From an uncultured Lachnospiraceae bacterium (GTDB lineage: Bacteria > Bacillota > Clostridia > Lachnospirales > Lachnospiraceae): 58,095 bases of DNA. The notes under the pieces were generated by a model. That model saw only the letters and a program-made list of their open reading frames with translations, was not told where the DNA came from and ran no database searches. Where the stretch lies: contig CAMWHY010000001.1 of the NCBI GenBank assembly GCA_947174185.1, positions 1 to 58,095 of the forward strand, read 5' to 3'. A program made the translations under genes and the position numbers. Below are positions 23,130 through 32,685 of this stretch, in pieces. Positions within the stretch are counted from its first letter, which is position 1. Each line of letters begins with the position of its first letter.

Positions 23130-24434
23130 ATGGCATCTCATTATTATAATACAGTTTTAAATAATGTCTATAATTATTACAGGGCTGATCTGTATGGTCG
23201 GTCTTCTTCTCGTTATGATTCACACGATCGTTCCGATTTGAAAAAAGTGTATAAATCAATCGTCAATCTGAGTAAGGACTCTCCTGTCTTCTTATTAAAA
23301 GATGTCAGGGCGATTGAAGAATATTCTATTCACATGAAAGAAAGCGCGATTCGCTTCCGCAATTCAATCGCGTCTCTGGGCGGTCTGGATGAATCGACTA
23401 TGTTTGAACAACGTACCGTTTATTCAACCGATCCGGAAGTTGTTGAAGCCACAGGGCTCAATATTTCCAAGGACGATACGCTGGATATGACGGTTGAGAG
23501 TCTGGCTACCAATCAGGAAACAGTGGGAAATTTTCTTCCCGAGTCAGAACTCAGCTTATCGCCCGGCGCATACTCTTTTGATGTATTGACCGCCAATTCA
23601 AACTATGAGCTGCAATTTAATATCGGAGATACCGATACTAATCAAACGATCCAGAACCGTCTTGCCAGATTGATCAATCATTCCAATCTGGGACTGAGCG
23701 CTTCCGTGATAACGAACGATCAGAATGAATCTGCTCTGGTGATCCGGTCCAACAAGACCGGCACAACGGCCAGCGGGCAACAACCTTTTATGATCAGCGA
23801 CGAGAATACAAGCCAGCGGAAAGGCATTATCGATTATCTCGGCATCCGCGAATCAGACGATCTTGCACAAAATGCCAGATACACGGTAAACGGCGAGTCC
23901 TTCCAGTCACCGTCCAACTCCTTTGTTCTGGATGGTAAATATTCCGTTACATTAAAGGGCGTCGGGGGAACGGAAGACGATCCTGTCAAAATCGGTGTAA
24001 AACCGGACTATGAGTCCTTAAAGGACAATATTATCTCACTGACGGGTTCTTACAACGATTTCCTGCAGGCTGCTGCCAAATATGTAGACCAGCATCCCAG
24101 AACCAACCTTTTGATCGGAACGATGAAAGCGATGAGCGCAAGCTACGCTTCTTCCTTTACAAAAGCGGGTATCACACAGGACAACAACGGAACGCTTTCG
24201 GTGGATGAGGAAAAACTGACGACGGCGCTTGGCAGCGCAGATGCTGAAGACACCTTAGGTTCCCTAAAGAATTTTACACACACTACATTGCGTAAGGCTA
24301 CACAGATCCAGCTCAATCCAATGGATTATATCGACAAGAGGATTGTTGCATATAAAAATCCTAATGTGAGCCATTATGCCAATCCTTATTTAACAAGCGC
24401 TTACAGTGGAATGCTGTTTAACGGATATATGTAG
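23130..24434 (+). CDS. FliD-like (flagellar cap-related) protein
   Basis: VESLATNQ, LSASVI...LVIRSNKTG, AQNARYTVNG...SNSF, GITQDNNGTLSVDEEKL resemble FliD segments; strong RBS. Confidence 0.65.
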   Translation: MASHYYNTVLNNVYNYYRADLYGRSSSRYDSHDRSDLKKVYKSIVNLSKDSPVFLLKDVRAIEEYSIHMKESAIRFRNSIASLGGLDESTMFEQRTVYSTDPEVVEATGLNISKDDTLDMTVESLATNQETVGNFLPESELSLSPGAYSFDVLTANSNYELQFNIGDTDTNQTIQNRLARLINHSNLGLSASVITNDQNESALVIRSNKTGTTASGQQPFMISDENTSQRKGIIDYLGIRESDDLAQNARYTVNGESFQSPSNSFVLDGKYSVTLKGVGGTEDDPVKIGVKPDYESLKDNIISLTGSYNDFLQAAAKYVDQHPRTNLLIGTMKAMSASYASSFTKAGITQDNNGTLSVDEEKLTTALGSADAEDTLGSLKNFTHTTLRKATQIQLNPMDYIDKRIVAYKNPNVSHYANPYLTSAYSGMLFNGYM

Positions 24435-24460
24435 AATTTGTAACCCCAACATGATAATAT

Positions 24461-24507
24461 AAAAAACGCGGTAGGAAATTGCATTTGTTGCTTTCCTACC
24501 GCGTTTT
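24461..24507. terminator. Bidirectional terminator
   Basis: AAAACGCGGTAGGAAA-loop-TTTCCTACCGCGTTTT between convergent genes. Confidence 0.85.
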
Positions 24508-24538
24508 CGCACTTTCATTTCTTATATCGATATGACTT

Positions 24539-24910
24539 TTATACTTCGTCAGCAATCTCTTTCATCTTTCTCAGGAAAGGCAGAACCGCTTCTTCCAGAC
24601 CGGAAACAATACCACTCTGGTCGTGGGCAGTATAAGCGGAACCAAACTTACCGATCTTCTGATCCATCTCTTTCGAGTTGATCTGCTCTACTTCCTTATT
24701 GATAACATCCTTCGTTCCATTATAAACCTGGATGACCCAATTTAATCCTTCTACCACCATATCCAGCACATCATAGGAATCCTCCTGCAGTTCTCCCTTG
24801 AACTCATCAGCCATTCCCTCTGCTGCCGGGATCAATCGAGACAGGTATCCGGCTGCTTCCTGCATTACTTCCTTCTGTTGTTCATCCCATGTATAAACCA
24901 TTTCTCCCAT
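24539..24910 (-). CDS. Small acidic helical hypothetical protein, probably flagellar regulon
   Basis: 123 aa ORF, GAAAGG RBS, upstream sigma28-like promoter. Confidence 0.75.
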   Translation of the reverse strand: MGEMVYTWDEQQKEVMQEAAGYLSRLIPAAEGMADEFKGELQEDSYDVLDMVVEGLNWVIQVYNGTKDVINKEVEQINSKEMDQKIGKFGSAYTAHDQSGIVSGLEEAVLPFLRKMKEIADEV

Positions 24911-25060
24911 GAATCACACCATACCTTTCTCTTTTAACTGTCCATCATGTCAATCATCATGGTTTTCTCTCTTGATCTTCCATCATATAATCGCCATGAC
25001 TTTTCTCCCGTCATACTCATTCCACGGGTGCAATCTGTCAATCCTATGGATTCTCTATAT

Positions 25061-25087
25061 ATATCGGTCAAATATCTGTAAAGCTTA
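25061..25087 (-). promoter_or_regulatory. Sigma28 (FliA/SigD) promoter
   Basis: TAAG-N15-ACCGATAT. Confidence 0.7.
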
Positions 25088-25101
25088 ATCCTTTTTTTAA
25101 A

Positions 25102-26820
25102 TTAATCTTTTTCTTTGGCCCGCACCTTACGCATCAACAGTTCTCCGATTCCCATTAGCAGAAAGACTGTCGGCGTACAGATGCACTGCTGATAACAAAA
25201 GAAATTATGACCCATATATGCCAAAGCCGCAGCCAAAAACGGTGCCACAGCCCCGATTTCTTTCCCACTCTTTGTGCATCGAACGATAAAGCTGATAAAG
25301 ATGCCGACATATGCCGTTACACCAAGGACTCCCTGTGTCACCAGCATATTTAAAAATTCGTTATGCGCACATGCCAGCTTCATTCCCTGCCAGAAAACCG
25401 CCACCTCCTGTGCACAATATTTATCCATGCTCATGGCAAAGCAGTCCGGTCCGACACCTATCATCATATCTTTAAAAGAAGCATTTGAAATCGCCTGCAG
25501 CGACATCCTCCAGTTAAATCCCCTGCAATTGCCCCAATCATCATTAAAATTGAAAAACCCCACATTATAAAACCCGGCAAGCGCTTCCGGCAGCATCTTT
25601 TTCGTCGTCAAAACGATCACCAATACCACGCCAAGCAGCACCGCCGCCGCTGCAATGAGCATCAGCTTCCTAAGCCACAAAAATCTGCTGATCTCAAATT
25701 TCTGCTTCTTAGCAGATGCCGTGTCAGATTCCTGTCCTTTCTTCCCCTTTTCTATTTTCCTAACCCCTTTCCAGGAAGAACTACAGATTATATGAAAAAC
25801 GATATAGACCGCCACTACGACCAGCAGTACGATCAGCATAAAATTACTCTGCGTGATAAAAAAGGATATTTTCTGGTCCTCAGCAATTAACTGTATCAGT
25901 TTTTCCGGGAAACAAATCTGCATGATTCCTATGATCCGGAAGGAGCCCAACGCGATCAGAAGAATCTCCAAAAAACGTGCAAACTTCTTATTGCTTTCCA
26001 AAGAAAACCAGAAAAACACCATCAGAATCAGGACATATGCCACATAACCGCTGTCGCTATGCGCCGTACAAAGGCTGCCAAATCCAAGTGCCACTACGAT
26101 TCCCGTCAGTATTCTTACCCATCTCCTATCATCATGCCAGTAATAGTAGACTGCCAGCGGGAAAGCAAGGACCGCATAGCTGGAAAACCATGTAGTTTGT
26201 CCTAACGTAGAAAGAAATTTCTCGATATATTCCGGTCCCAGTCCATCATACATCCCCAACGGATCTATGGAAAATCGCTGCAAAACTGCAAGCTGATAAA
26301 CCACTCCTGATGTAACGATGGCGGAAAACAGCGTAAACTCACTCCACATCCAGAATCTTGAAACAGCAAAATAGATCAGAACAAACATTACCTGGGACAA
26401 AAGCCCCATATACCACCCATTATAGCCCATCAGAGCCGAGGAACTATCTCCAGGCTGCGGAGTCCGATAATCGCTGAAAATATAAGAAAAATAGCTCAAA
26501 ACCAAAAAAGCAGCCACAAACCAGTCTGTCACGGAAAACTTCCGAATTATAGATGATAATACAAATTTATCCCGATATGCGATGATCCAGGAAGCCAGAA
26601 AAATCAAAAAGAAAATCAGAAAAACAATGGAAGCATGTCTAAAAAATGTATATTTCGCATCTCCCATATCACGATATTTATTCTGATAATATAAAGGATA
26701 AAATACAAGCATTGAAAACACATAAATCAGCATCAGCATAGACATGCCATAGTCAACAATCTGCTGCGCTACTGATTTTTCAGGTTCCTTTGCCCTTTTC
26801 TTTTTACTAGACACAATCAT
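25102..26820 (-). CDS. O-antigen ligase-like (Wzy_C) membrane protein
   Basis: Many TM segments; R...W, GVGP, AHNEFLNMLVTQGVLG motif. Confidence 0.8.
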   Translation of the reverse strand: MIVSSKKKRAKEPEKSVAQQIVDYGMSMLMLIYVFSMLVFYPLYYQNKYRDMGDAKYTFFRHASIVFLIFFLIFLASWIIAYRDKFVLSSIIRKFSVTDWFVAAFLVLSYFSYIFSDYRTPQPGDSSSALMGYNGWYMGLLSQVMFVLIYFAVSRFWMWSEFTLFSAIVTSGVVYQLAVLQRFSIDPLGMYDGLGPEYIEKFLSTLGQTTWFSSYAVLAFPLAVYYYWHDDRRWVRILTGIVVALGFGSLCTAHSDSGYVAYVLILMVFFWFSLESNKKFARFLEILLIALGSFRIIGIMQICFPEKLIQLIAEDQKISFFITQSNFMLIVLLVVVAVYIVFHIICSSSWKGVRKIEKGKKGQESDTASAKKQKFEISRFLWLRKLMLIAAAAVLLGVVLVIVLTTKKMLPEALAGFYNVGFFNFNDDWGNCRGFNWRMSLQAISNASFKDMMIGVGPDCFAMSMDKYCAQEVAVFWQGMKLACAHNEFLNMLVTQGVLGVTAYVGIFISFIVRCTKSGKEIGAVAPFLAAALAYMGHNFFCYQQCICTPTVFLLMGIGELLMRKVRAKEKD

Positions 26821-26952
26821 TCCCCCAGTCTGAATATTTGCTTTTACATTCTACCACAGATCAAATGATTAATCTACCGCAGAAATCCATTTTCTAGCAG
26901 GCATATTTATGGTAAAATAAACTCAAATATGGTTTTAGGAGCGAGGTCTTTT

Positions 26953-28035
26953 ATGATTCCCATTTCTATCTGTATCATTATGAAAAACGAAGAAAAACAT
27001 ATCGAGAACTGCCTTCAGGCATTGACAGCGCATGGGTTTGGACCGGACGGGGCGTATGGTGAAATCGTTTTAGTCGATACCGGCTCTACAGACCAAAGCA
27101 TGGAGATTGCCGGAAAATATCTTCCCACGATCCATCACTTTGAATGGATCAATGACTTTTCTGCTGCCAAAAACTATGCTGCCAGCTGTGCAAAAAACGA
27201 CTGGATCATCTCCATTGATGCAGATGAATATATGCAGTCCTTTGATATTAACGCGGTACAGGAGTTTATGCTTCACCATGAAGACCAGGTCGGTTCTCTT
27301 CACTTTATCATTACTTCCGAAGAAAATCAGATAACCACCAGAAGTAATTTCCGGCTGGAACGCATGTATCATCGAAAACACTATCATTTTACCGCTCCGA
27401 TCCATGAGCAGCTGACCCCCGTCGATAACCGCCATCCATACGGAAGCAGTCCTCTGCCGGTCAGCATCTTCCACAACGGCTACGCAGAAGATCCGGAAAC
27501 GCTTTCCAAAAAAGCCGCCAGAAACAACGAGATCCTGTTTCGCGAACTCGAAAGGGAGCCTGACAATCCTTACCTATATTTCCAGATCGCCCAGAGTTAT
27601 ATGCTGTGCAGGGATATGGAAGCTGCCTATGAATGGTTCGGCAAGGGACTTTCCTATGATATCGATCCTAAAATGGAATACGCGCAGATGATGGTGATCG
27701 GATATGGGGAATGCATGCTTGCCACCAAAAGAGAGCAGGAGGCTCTTTCTCTGCTGTCCGTCTATGATGATTTTTGCGATACGCCGGAATTCATCTTCCT
27801 GATCGGGCAGATCTATATGAATAACGACATGTATCTGAAAGCCTATGCGGAATTTTTAAAATGCCTATCCATGAAGCCCAACCGAACAGAAGGAGTAACT
27901 TCCTTTTTTGCTTATCACAATATCGCTGTGATCAATGAAGCGCTGGGCAATCGTGACATTGCAATCGAATTTTACAAAAAAGCGGGGGATTACCCCCGCT
28001 CTAAAGAACGTCTAAAGGAACTATTGTCCCATTAA
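26953..28035 (+). CDS. GT2 glycosyltransferase with TPR repeats (flagellin glycosylation type)
   Basis: SICII.KNEE, DTGSTD, DFSAAKN, DADE, IHEQ, HNGY; C-terminal TPRs. Confidence 0.9.
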   Translation: MIPISICIIMKNEEKHIENCLQALTAHGFGPDGAYGEIVLVDTGSTDQSMEIAGKYLPTIHHFEWINDFSAAKNYAASCAKNDWIISIDADEYMQSFDINAVQEFMLHHEDQVGSLHFIITSEENQITTRSNFRLERMYHRKHYHFTAPIHEQLTPVDNRHPYGSSPLPVSIFHNGYAEDPETLSKKAARNNEILFRELEREPDNPYLYFQIAQSYMLCRDMEAAYEWFGKGLSYDIDPKMEYAQMMVIGYGECMLATKREQEALSLLSVYDDFCDTPEFIFLIGQIYMNNDMYLKAYAEFLKCLSMKPNRTEGVTSFFAYHNIAVINEALGNRDIAIEFYKKAGDYPRSKERLKELLSH

Positions 28036-28070
28036 TATTATCAGGAATCTTCTTTTTCGTTTCCTGGCTA

Positions 28071-28754
28071 CTATGTCTGATAGGTATGTAGCATAGAAGC
28101 GTATTCGGATAGAAAAATCTTTCGGTATCTGTCATAGCTCCATAGGTTCATTGTGCCGTCGTCATGGGCACACCACGGCTTCTTCTGTTCCGGGACAACC
28201 ACCCGATAACCCTTTTTACGGAATTCGAAACTTTGGGATACATCGTAGAAATCCCATCCGTCGAACAGATCTTCCCGCCACGGAAGATCATCCCTGGTGG
28301 CCATCAAAAGACCATCCACCGCCTCCACATCTGTCATGCCGTCTTCCTTACGATATTCATAACCATTAAAATCAACATTGTTCCGATCAATCTCATATAG
28401 ATTGCCTACCCGCTCGCCATACCACATCACGCCGCAGGAGGAAAGCACCGGGGAACCAATCATTCCGATCATCCCAATCCTATAATCCTGTTTAAATACC
28501 GTCAGAAGGTCATTCAAAAAATTGGGGTTCATAATCGTCACATCCTGATGCAGATAGACCTTATACTTTGCATCCGAAGACATCATACCCTGATTATAAC
28601 CTGCCGCCATGCTTTTCGCATTATAAATGGGCAGAATCTCCACGGAGAAACCCTGAGGGATATTCAATTGATTAATATACATACAACATTCATTCAAATA
28701 AAACTCGCTTGTTGTACATATAATAAAAGAAAATTTTTGTTTGTTGATACGCAT
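28071..28754 (-). CDS. GT2-like glycosyltransferase (Glyco_tranf_2_5 type)
   Basis: YNQGM, YLHQDV, AVDGLLMAT, WDFYD. Confidence 0.85.
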   Translation of the reverse strand: MRINKQKFSFIICTTSEFYLNECCMYINQLNIPQGFSVEILPIYNAKSMAAGYNQGMMSSDAKYKVYLHQDVTIMNPNFLNDLLTVFKQDYRIGMIGMIGSPVLSSCGVMWYGERVGNLYEIDRNNVDFNGYEYRKEDGMTDVEAVDGLLMATRDDLPWREDLFDGWDFYDVSQSFEFRKKGYRVVVPEQKKPWCAHDDGTMNLWSYDRYRKIFLSEYASMLHTYQT

Positions 28755-29425
28755 CAGATTCTCCCTAGATATTCATCACGTTTATTTGTTAGAGATTCCT
28801 GATAAGAAGCGTCTCCCTGATCGATCATAACTGCCAACAGAAACAGCGCTTCTTTATACATATGATACTCCGCATAAAAATCTGCCAATACCATAGCGAT
28901 ATCTTCCTGATTACCGACGCCGCAATCCAGCAGGATCTGTATCACCGCATATACAGACAGTTTTTTTGTCTTGATATAGGTCATACACTCTTTTTGCAGC
29001 GGCTTTGCCAGGCGCAGTTGAATTCTTCGGAAATAATATATCATCTGTTGGAAAATCACTTGAAAATCATCAATATATTCTATATTATCAAAGATGGTAT
29101 TTCCATGATTGTCACTCTCCATACGGTAAATTTTTACCGCTGACTGGAAACAGGAAAGTTCATAATCATACCCCGCCAGCTTTTCATATTCCTCTAACCC
29201 GGTCATCGCCACCGCAGCCTCATAGGCATTGGCACTTTTCTCCTGCAGTTTTTCATTAAGTTTTCCTTTGATCGCACAGATTCCGGTCTGTATCACCGGT
29301 CTGTTCTCTGCGCTGGTCTCAAAGATATTGTCCACATAGGCAGCCATCTTTGCCTCTGCCTGTGCGTCCACTTCCTTATCCTTTTCGCAAAAACTTTCTA
29401 TCCCCAAAACTGCCGGAATCCGCAT
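28754..29425 (-). CDS. Hypothetical helical protein coupled to the GT gene
   Basis: GGAGG RBS; TGATG stop/start overlap with the next gene. Confidence 0.8.
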   Translation of the reverse strand: MRIPAVLGIESFCEKDKEVDAQAEAKMAAYVDNIFETSAENRPVIQTGICAIKGKLNEKLQEKSANAYEAAVAMTGLEEYEKLAGYDYELSCFQSAVKIYRMESDNHGNTIFDNIEYIDDFQVIFQQMIYYFRRIQLRLAKPLQKECMTYIKTKKLSVYAVIQILLDCGVGNQEDIAMVLADFYAEYHMYKEALFLLAVMIDQGDASYQESLTNKRDEYLGRI

Positions 29426-29481
29426 ACTTCTTATCCTCCATGCCGCAACCCTGCTGCGAATGAAATTTTCACACTAATTCT

Positions 29482-29533
29482 ATTATACATTCTAAGGGAA
29501 AGATTTGTAAATAGCAGATTGATTTGTTATAAT
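29482..29533. promoter_or_regulatory. Overlapping divergent SigA promoters
   Basis: + strand TTGTAA-N17-TATAAT (29505-29533); - strand TTTACA-N18-TATAAT (29511-29482). Confidence 0.55.
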
Positions 29534-29633
29534 CATATTAATAAATTTTTTATGAAACCGCTGATCGAAAATCCTCTATCCTTCTGTGTCATGCAGAAAA
29601 TTAACGATTATGAATAACATCAGGGAGTGCGCT

Positions 29634-31406
29634 ATGTCCGATTTTTCCTTCTGCATCATTACTAAAAATGAAGAAAAGAAAATAGCCCGGTGTCTTGAGC
29701 CGTTAAAAGCTACCGGCATGGAAGTGATCGTTCTTGATACTGGTTCTACAGACAATACGATTGCCATTGCCAGCAAATATACTGTCAAAATTTACCATTT
29801 TGAATGGATCAATGACTTCAGTGCGGCACGCAACTTTGCAATGACCAAGGCCTCCCATGATCATATCCTCTTTCTGGACGCAGACGAGTATGTGGAAGAG
29901 ATCGATATCCCCGCCATAAAAAAACTTCTGCGGGAATATCCTGACGCCATTGGTCAGATCAGAAGGCGCAATGCCTGCTTTGCTTCCGACGGTATCAGCG
30001 AAAGGATCACCATCGATCTTGTAGAGCGGCTGTTTGACAGACGCCTCTATCATTATCAGGGAACCATCCACGAGCAGATCACACACCGTCAAGGTAAGAA
30101 CCTTTATGTATACCAGATTCCTTTGACCGTATATCATGACGGATATCTGGGTACACCCGAAGAACGCCGCCAGAAGGCAGAGCGGAATAACGCTTTATTA
30201 TTTGAAGAGTTAAAAAAATCTCCCGAAGATCCTTATCTTTATTATCAGATCGGGCAAAGTTTCGGACTCTGTGGCGATGCGGAGCAGGAATATGAATATT
30301 ATCACAAGGGCTGCTCTCTCCCATTAGACACCTCCATAAGTTATGTCAGGATCATGCTGGTATCCTATGGATATTCCATGCTGCATACCCACCGTGAGGC
30401 GCAGGCCATGAATCTGGAAGCGTATTATGACCGGCTGTCCTCTTATGCGGATTATGTCTGTCTTCTTGGCTGTATCTATCTTGAAAACCATGAGCACTTA
30501 AAGGCAATCCGCGCTTTCCGCCACGCCCTTACCCTGACCGATTATTATATCGAGGGCAGTAATAACGCCACACCCTGGCATAACTTAGGCTGCATCTATG
30601 AAGCGCTGGGCAACGTGGAAGAAGCACTTCTTTGCTATGAGCATGCCATGACATATGGCTCTCTTAATACAAAGGTACGTTATGATGCCCTGCTGCATAA
30701 TCAGACGGAAAGCCCCAAAATCACCGCCATTATTCCATGCTATAATGCATCTGGGGTTCTGGATGGATTTTTCCGGTCGCTGGAAGAACAGACGACAGGG
30801 CTGACCCATGTACAATTGATCTTTCTTGATTTTGCTTCCAATGATGATACCTGGGATAAATTAAATAAATTTGAGCAAAAATATCCGGATTCCGTAATGC
30901 TTTTTCCTTTTGCTCCCGATGCTGCGCCTTCCGATCTGCGGACGCCGGAAGACTGCATCGCATACGGCATTGCCGAAGATCTTCTTGCTTCCTACGCTCT
31001 CGCTCCTTATGTCTGCTTCCTGCAGCCAAAGGATCGTCTGAACATGGACTTTCTGCGGCAATACAAACAGATTTTTTCCTCCAATCCCTGTGATGCCGTG
31101 ATCTGCCTTACCGTATCCAAGGTCGAAGACAATGACCATTTTGCCACGAAGATTAACCCCAATGCTTCCTGCTCACTGCTACGGATCGACAATGACCAGG
31201 CACGTGCGGAACTGGCGGCATCTCCCCTCTTTGACCTGCCGCTCTCCGGAAAGCTTTTCTCCAGATCCTATCTGGAAAACCAACATCTCTGGACGCAGAT
31301 TGCCCCCGAAGAAAGAAATCAGGCAGACCGGCTTATCAAAGCCAGAGTCTGCCAGTCTATCCATACAATCTGTTATCTTGCAGATACCTTATATCATTGT
31401 CCGTAG
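29634..31406 (+). CDS. GT2-TPR-GT2 fusion glycosyltransferase
   Basis: N-terminal DTGSTD/DADE/IHEQ, TPRs, second GT2-like domain (AIIPCYN) with degenerate DxD. Confidence 0.88.
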   Translation: MSDFSFCIITKNEEKKIARCLEPLKATGMEVIVLDTGSTDNTIAIASKYTVKIYHFEWINDFSAARNFAMTKASHDHILFLDADEYVEEIDIPAIKKLLREYPDAIGQIRRRNACFASDGISERITIDLVERLFDRRLYHYQGTIHEQITHRQGKNLYVYQIPLTVYHDGYLGTPEERRQKAERNNALLFEELKKSPEDPYLYYQIGQSFGLCGDAEQEYEYYHKGCSLPLDTSISYVRIMLVSYGYSMLHTHREAQAMNLEAYYDRLSSYADYVCLLGCIYLENHEHLKAIRAFRHALTLTDYYIEGSNNATPWHNLGCIYEALGNVEEALLCYEHAMTYGSLNTKVRYDALLHNQTESPKITAIIPCYNASGVLDGFFRSLEEQTTGLTHVQLIFLDFASNDDTWDKLNKFEQKYPDSVMLFPFAPDAAPSDLRTPEDCIAYGIAEDLLASYALAPYVCFLQPKDRLNMDFLRQYKQIFSSNPCDAVICLTVSKVEDNDHFATKINPNASCSLLRIDNDQARAELAASPLFDLPLSGKLFSRSYLENQHLWTQIAPEERNQADRLIKARVCQSIHTICYLADTLYHCP

Positions 31407-31413
31407 AAACTCT

Positions 31414-32598
31414 TTATTGCTGAAGCAGTCCTGCAATCGTAAGCATTTGCCGGACTCTCTTATGATACGTATGTTGTTCCTCCACCTTTTGATGACCGCT
31501 TCTGGCGATCGTCATCCTCTCCTCCTCATGGGTGAGATAATACCCCGCTTTCTCCACCAGATCCGTCAGATCCTCATAATATACATAATCCTCTCCCGGT
31601 ACAAAATACTCCAGAAAATCTTCCTGATAATTCGTCAGCAGGAAACCTCCGCAGCCCATGATATCCATCGCCCTGAGCGGGATACCGCTTACGATGCTTC
31701 GAAGCGTGATATTCAGATTGATCTTTGCCGCTTTCATGGCATAGGGCGCTTCCTTGTAGTAATCCACCGTCCCCAGATTCCTCACCTTTGGCAGCGCCGG
31801 CGTGGCTTCCGGCGTATAAAGCGCCACATCGTATTTCTCTGAAAGCGCTTCCAGCGCCTCCCTGCGTTCTAAAGCCGTCACCCTTCTCGCCAGATAATAG
31901 CTGGCAAATGACCATTCCGCCGTCTCAAAACCATCTCCGCCAGCCACGATAGGGCATACCTTTCTGATCCGTGCCATGATGTCCTCTGTCAGAGCCTCCT
32001 CTAATATAGAACAGCCGTATAGTCCCTTCTGCGCCTGTATCAATGCCTCCAGATATCCCTTCGTATAGTCATCCGCCTGATCGATCGCCTTAAAGATCCG
32101 ATGCTTCGGTTCCGTATACATCGAACCCACCATGGCAATGTCCGCCGCATATTTTTTCCGTCTCCCCGCATCAGGTTCCATCTGATCGTATAACTCAATA
32201 GGTGCTGCCATAGGCAGATAATATACCCGTTCCGGCGCAAACCGGGACAGTCTCTCATACTCCGCCCGGTCAAAGACAAACGCATAGTTGGTCTCATACT
32301 CTATGGTTTTAGAATAAATCTGGATAAACGGACTGTCATATGTCCAGGAAAGATATGGTATTCTGCATGCCTTGCATGCAATTGCAGCCACCGGAAAATA
32401 ATTAAACGAAAAAACGAAAGCCGGCGCTGTTTCCAAGATCTTAGATGCGATCTTCATCGCCAGTTCTTCACTTTTCCTTGTATCCTCCTTATCATTGGAA
32501 AACAGGAAACTCTCGATCTCATATCCCATGGAACTCAGTTCCGCCTTCATATACTGGTTTCCATAGCTTTCCCATTCTAAGAGCAATGCTTTTTCCAC
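31414..32598 (-). CDS. CgeB/DUF3880-family GT-B glycosyltransferase
   Basis: SWTYDSP, KINLNITLRSI.SGIPLR..DIMGCGGFLLTNYQ; GTG start. Confidence 0.87.
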   Translation of the reverse strand: MEKALLLEWESYGNQYMKAELSSMGYEIESFLFSNDKEDTRKSEELAMKIASKILETAPAFVFSFNYFPVAAIACKACRIPYLSWTYDSPFIQIYSKTIEYETNYAFVFDRAEYERLSRFAPERVYYLPMAAPIELYDQMEPDAGRRKKYAADIAMVGSMYTEPKHRIFKAIDQADDYTKGYLEALIQAQKGLYGCSILEEALTEDIMARIRKVCPIVAGGDGFETAEWSFASYYLARRVTALERREALEALSEKYDVALYTPEATPALPKVRNLGTVDYYKEAPYAMKAAKINLNITLRSIVSGIPLRAMDIMGCGGFLLTNYQEDFLEYFVPGEDYVYYEDLTDLVEKAGYYLTHEEERMTIARSGHQKVEEQHTYHKRVRQMLTIAGLLQQ

Positions 32599-32685
32599 AT
32601 TAATAACCATGCCTTTCCGCAACCTGCAGACTTTGGGCCGCAGGCACAAATCTGCGATTGAAAAATCTTTGATTTTTCAATCTAA
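32599..32685 (-). repeat. Modular palindromic intergenic repeat (family member)
   Basis: TTAGATTGAAAAATCAAAGATTTTTCAATC + TGTGCCTGC...GCAGGTTGCGGAAAGGCATGGT; related to 7005-7042, 22521-22554, 41601-41741, 54283-54336. Confidence 0.8.
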
